Assembly (NCBI GenBank): GCA_015494465.1 | Contig: WGBD01000002.1 | Span: 67,683-131,682, forward strand | Source of the DNA: Candidatus Omnitrophota bacterium | GTDB lineage: Bacteria > Omnitrophota > Gorgyraeia > S143-82 | Direction: 5' to 3' | DNA length: 64,000 bases | Part shown: positions 61,028 to 64,000 of the stretch, one piece after another | Numbering within the stretch: the stretch's first letter is position 1 | How the letters are laid out: each line of letters starts with the position of its first letter | Made by a program: the position numbers and the translations under genes | The notes under the pieces: model-generated | What the model saw: the letters and a program-made list of their open reading frames with translations, nothing else | What the model was told of the DNA's origin: nothing | Database searches by the model: none

Positions 61028-62455
61028 TTATTCCTCCAACACCAGTATCATCTCCACCTGTCCCTTACCCTGATCGTACCGGGAAGATACGGGTGAGACC
61101 TTTCTAAACCTCTCCTGGCGCAGGTTGGTAAGGAATTCGTTCAAAACCGAATAGTTCTTCCCGGTCACCTTCAGGGTAAACGAAAGACCGATCTCCGGAT
61201 ATTGCACGAACTTACCCGAGAGGGCCTCGATCTTTACATCGTCCAGATCGTCAATCGCCCGCGAGAGGGCTACCATGGTCCCAGGCCAACGGTACTGGAC
61301 GGAGAGGAAGTTTACCGCCTCCTCGAATTCTTTCTTCAATCGTTCCTTTTTCTTTTCCAGACGACTAACCACCTTCTTCGCCTTTTTGTACTCCTCTAAC
61401 AAGGTCTCCGTTTTCTTATACTCCAACTGCAAAGGTAGAAGGGCCCTCGTGCCCAAAAAACCACCGATCCCCAACAAAGACAGGATCAACACCGACTGAA
61501 AGGCCAGTTCCCGAGCGGATATCTTAGGAGCGATCTCCACATCCCGCAGGCACATCGCCCTTACCACTGGGAACTTTTCGCCTGCCAAGGCCATGGCAAG
61601 GCCGAACGGTAGGATAAATCTCATCGCCTTCTCTGCTGGCAGGTAGTCACCCACCACTTCACTTACGGGAAACTCCTTAATCCGAACTCCCACCTGCTCT
61701 GCAAAGAGGTTCTCCCACTCTTTCTCCAATTCCAGCTGACCTGAACGGATCATGAACACATCTGCAATCTCTTTGCTAAGCGGGACATTACCCACTACCG
61801 GACCGGTACGGGCAAAATAGGATTCCAGGGTCTCCTTCACATCCCATATTAGGCTGACATTGCCATAGGCCCTGGCGAAACTGCGCAACCAGTCTGCCTG
61901 AGGGGTATCACCTATGATCACCATGTCCGTGGAAGTGGTATCACAAAACAGACCTATCGTCACCTTGCCCGGCTCTCGGATAGACCGCACCAACTCCAAC
62001 TGGCGGAAGAGATTGTAAAAGGGAACCACATAAGGGGTTAGACCAACTGCATTCGAGATAGGAGGCCCGAGCTTCTCGAGCCACTTGTCCATCACATCTA
62101 CCCTGCAACCGACGATCAAGGCGGACTTCTCTATCTCCTCGCTAAGGGGGTCTAAGAGATCGTATCCCCAGTACACCGCATGCACTGGGAAAGGAACATT
62201 CTTGTCGTATTCGAACCTTACCGCCAGATCGCACTCTACGCCGGAAGGGCAGAGGAGTCTAACTTGTTTGAGGAAAAAGAGATTTGACGGTACAACCAGA
62301 TAAAGGGGGTAGCGAGGCTTCCACAGGTACACATCATCCAAGGGCAGTGAAAAGGAGCGGACTATCCTAAGGTCTCCAGTCTCGCAGTCGCACTCTAATA
62401 CATGTATCTCGGTACAACATACCTGCCCTACGAAAAACCGGCGTGCCTGCACCAC
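61028..62455 (-). CDS. PilM-PilN fusion protein: actin-like cytoplasmic PilM domain, a TM helix, then a coiled-coil periplasmic PilN-like domain
   Basis: VTIGLFCDTTSTDMVIIGD resembles the PilM phosphate-2 block. A TM helix AFQSVLILSLLGIGGFLG at ~aa 320 is followed by KE-rich coiled coil. First gene of the operon. Confidence 0.5.
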   Translation of the reverse strand: MVQARRFFVGQVCCTEIHVLECDCETGDLRIVRSFSLPLDDVYLWKPRYPLYLVVPSNLFFLKQVRLLCPSGVECDLAVRFEYDKNVPFPVHAVYWGYDLLDPLSEEIEKSALIVGCRVDVMDKWLEKLGPPISNAVGLTPYVVPFYNLFRQLELVRSIREPGKVTIGLFCDTTSTDMVIIGDTPQADWLRSFARAYGNVSLIWDVKETLESYFARTGPVVGNVPLSKEIADVFMIRSGQLELEKEWENLFAEQVGVRIKEFPVSEVVGDYLPAEKAMRFILPFGLAMALAGEKFPVVRAMCLRDVEIAPKISARELAFQSVLILSLLGIGGFLGTRALLPLQLEYKKTETLLEEYKKAKKVVSRLEKKKERLKKEFEEAVNFLSVQYRWPGTMVALSRAIDDLDDVKIEALSGKFVQYPEIGLSFTLKVTGKNYSVLNEFLTNLRQERFRKVSPVSSRYDQGKGQVEMILVLEE

Positions 62456-62502
62456 CTTTGTGATACCCCCCTTGTTTCCCCTTTTACTATTTTAACACAC
62501 AA

Positions 62503-62808
62503 ATTGCCCTGCTGATAGAGTAATAAGCCGAGTTCTGTCTGGGCGGTCATCCATCTGCGCGGGGGATCGCTCCCCCGCTCTAGCGGCCAACCCGAGGGCA
62601 ATGCCCGGGCCAGGCAACCCTCCTACTTGGCCTTGCTGCGGGTAGAGATTACCCTGTGGGGGGATAGAACCCACCACGGGCTCTTATCCTGCCCGCGGGG
62701 AAGATCCCACGCGGACGGTGGGTGTTACCCACTACCCTGCCCTCTGCAGCTCGGACTTTCCTCCCGTCCTTGAGGACAGGCGACCGCCTTACTCTATCAG
62801 CAGGGCAA
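62503..62808 (-). ncRNA. rnpB: RNase P RNA (bacterial type A, compact ~306 nt)
   Basis: Minus strand contains GGAAAGTCCGAGCTGCAGAGGGCA (P4 5' strand) and ACAGAACTCGGCTTA (P4 3' strand). The P1 helix forms by GCCCTGCTGATAGAGTAAG pairing with CTTATTACTCTATCAGCAGGGC. The ORFs overlapping it are spurious. Confidence 0.8.
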
Positions 62809-63208
62809 TCCTTATTGCGCGCTTGGCAAGGGAATCCGCAACCGAATTGTCCCCTCTCCCGATGTGCTGAACGGAAACCGATCGGAACCCCTTCAATCGG
62901 TTCTCCGCCAAGGCCTTCAGTTTCTTTATTACCGGATTCTTGGTCTGGTACTCACCGTTGATCTGCCTGACCAAGAGCTCACTGTCACTTAATATTATAA
63001 CATCTCTGCCTTCGTAAGGCCTCAATTCCTCGAGGGCAATGAGAAGGGCGGTGTATTCTGCGACATTGTTGGTGGCCCTGCCGATGTAGGCCTGTATCCT
63101 CTTTTCTCTTCCGTCTGCCTCTATAACCACCCCACAACCCGCAGGACCGGGATTCCCCGAAGAGGCACCGTCTATCCAGACTCTGACGAGTTCCGAATCA
63201 CTCTGCAT
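62789..63208 (-). CDS. rnhA: Ribonuclease HI
   Basis: Motifs VWIDGASSGNPGPAGCG, TNNVAEYTALL and SDSELLV (DEDD catalytic residues). Confidence 0.85.
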   Translation of the reverse strand: MQSDSELVRVWIDGASSGNPGPAGCGVVIEADGREKRIQAYIGRATNNVAEYTALLIALEELRPYEGRDVIILSDSELLVRQINGEYQTKNPVIKKLKALAENRLKGFRSVSVQHIGRGDNSVADSLAKRAIRIALLIE

Positions 63209-63905
63209 AATAGAGAATGCACCCGCAGGTCTCGCACTGGATGATACCCTTCTCCAGCATCAGTTCGTTGACCACCTGAGGGGGCAGGGCCCTATAACAG
63301 GCCCCACAGACACCGTCCTTCCCAACCCGGGCCAGGGCAATGCCCCCTCGATGCTCCAATATCCTCTCGTACCTCTCCAAAAGGGCCTTATCCACATCCT
63401 TCGCCAGGTCATTACGCCTTTGAAGGAGACCTTCCAGTTCCGCCTTCAACTTCGCCTCTTCCTGCCTCAGGGCAGACAGCTCTCCCTCCAGTGCCTTCTT
63501 CTCCTCGTCCTTCTCCTGCTTAATCCCTCTAAACTGCGCCTCCTCTCCCTCTATCTCGTCCAACATGGTAAGGATCTGATCCTCAAGGCGAGATATCTCT
63601 TCCTTTAGGACCGCGATCTCGTCCTGGAGGGCGGTGTACTCCTTGTTGCTCTTCACCTGAAACAACTGTCCCTGCAGGCGCCTTAGGTCGGACTCCTTCT
63701 TGCCTAATTCTACCTCCAACTCCTTGTGGGCCACCTTCTTTCGTTCCAGATCCTTGCGGGCCTGTTCCAGTTCCGAGTCTATACCTTTGCGCTTGGCCTC
63801 TATCTCCTGATAAAGACGGGGAAACTCCTCCAGACGAGACTTCAGCTGATAGATCTGGCGATCTAACTCTTGCAGGGGCAGGAGTTGTTGGATCTCTTTC
63901 AGCAT
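63198..63905 (-). CDS. Coiled-coil protein with C-terminal C4 zinc ribbon (COG1579-like)
   Basis: About 190 aa of heptad-rich coiled coil, then CGAC...CETCGC. Confidence 0.6.
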   Translation of the reverse strand: MLKEIQQLLPLQELDRQIYQLKSRLEEFPRLYQEIEAKRKGIDSELEQARKDLERKKVAHKELEVELGKKESDLRRLQGQLFQVKSNKEYTALQDEIAVLKEEISRLEDQILTMLDEIEGEEAQFRGIKQEKDEEKKALEGELSALRQEEAKLKAELEGLLQRRNDLAKDVDKALLERYERILEHRGGIALARVGKDGVCGACYRALPPQVVNELMLEKGIIQCETCGCILYYAE

Positions 63906-63920
63906 GTTAGGCCACCAAAG

Positions 63921-63994
63921 TGGGCGATAGAGGATTCGAACCTCTGACCTTCCGCATGTGAGGCGGACGCTCTGACCAACTGAGCTAATCGCCC
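63921..63994 (-). tRNA. tRNA-Val (anticodon CAC)
   Basis: Reverse complement reads GGGCGAT-TA-GCTCAGTTGGTCAGAGC-G-TCCGC-CTCACAT-GCGGA-AGGTC-AGAGG-TTCGAAT-CCTCT-ATCGCCC-A. Confidence 0.8.
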
Positions 63995-64000
63995 AAGGGT

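Noticed and set aside
62492-62961. Two ORFs (62492-62677 minus, 62722-62961 plus)
   Set aside because: They overlap the RNase P RNA, whose conserved P4 and P1 elements explain the sequence. Neither has an SD or protein similarity.

Overview
This window looks like compact chromosomal DNA from a GC-rich (~57%) bacterium; nearly all genes lie on the minus strand and several overlap at their ends. The proteins are rich in K/E/R/I/V and AGG/AGA/AAG codons, which suggests a thermophile. The bacterium is probably diderm, given an RND/TolC efflux operon and a secretin, yet it carries the Firmicutes-style tmk-holB-ricT gene order. Mostly housekeeping content: six tRNAs (Leu-CAG, Leu-TAA, Cys-GCA, Arg-CCT, initiator fMet, Val-CAC), RNase P RNA, and ribosomal proteins S20, L13 and S9. 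Amino-acid and cofactor enzymes present are lysA, argH, argG, metE, glnA, bioB, bioC-like, bioF-like, folK and ribBA. DNA, RNA and replication genes are ligA, a compact mfd, ruvC, rnhA, holB, tmk and cysS. Other recognisable genes include the anaerobic ribonucleotide reductase pair nrdD/nrdG, a PPi-dependent phosphofructokinase, a ComEC-like competence channel, and a TetR-controlled TolC/MFP/RND efflux operon. The most striking feature is a type IV pilus operon, pilM-N fusion, pilO, pilP, pilQ (53.5-62.5 kb). Its secretin is a 2096-aa protein in which roughly 1650 residues of TPR-like repeats and highly charged coiled coil precede a normal N0-N1-secretin module. Also notable: the NrdD glycyl-radical tail sits in a separate small ORF with its own Shine-Dalgarno site; an unlisted 58-aa 2[4Fe-4S] ferredoxin gene lies between two tRNAs; the metE promoter overlaps palindromic operator-like sites; a DUF134/CDF/FmdE/TauE operon suggests metal homeostasis; and two ABC ATPases without permeases follow ugd. 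All calls rest on reading the ORF translations and motifs by eye; no searches were run.
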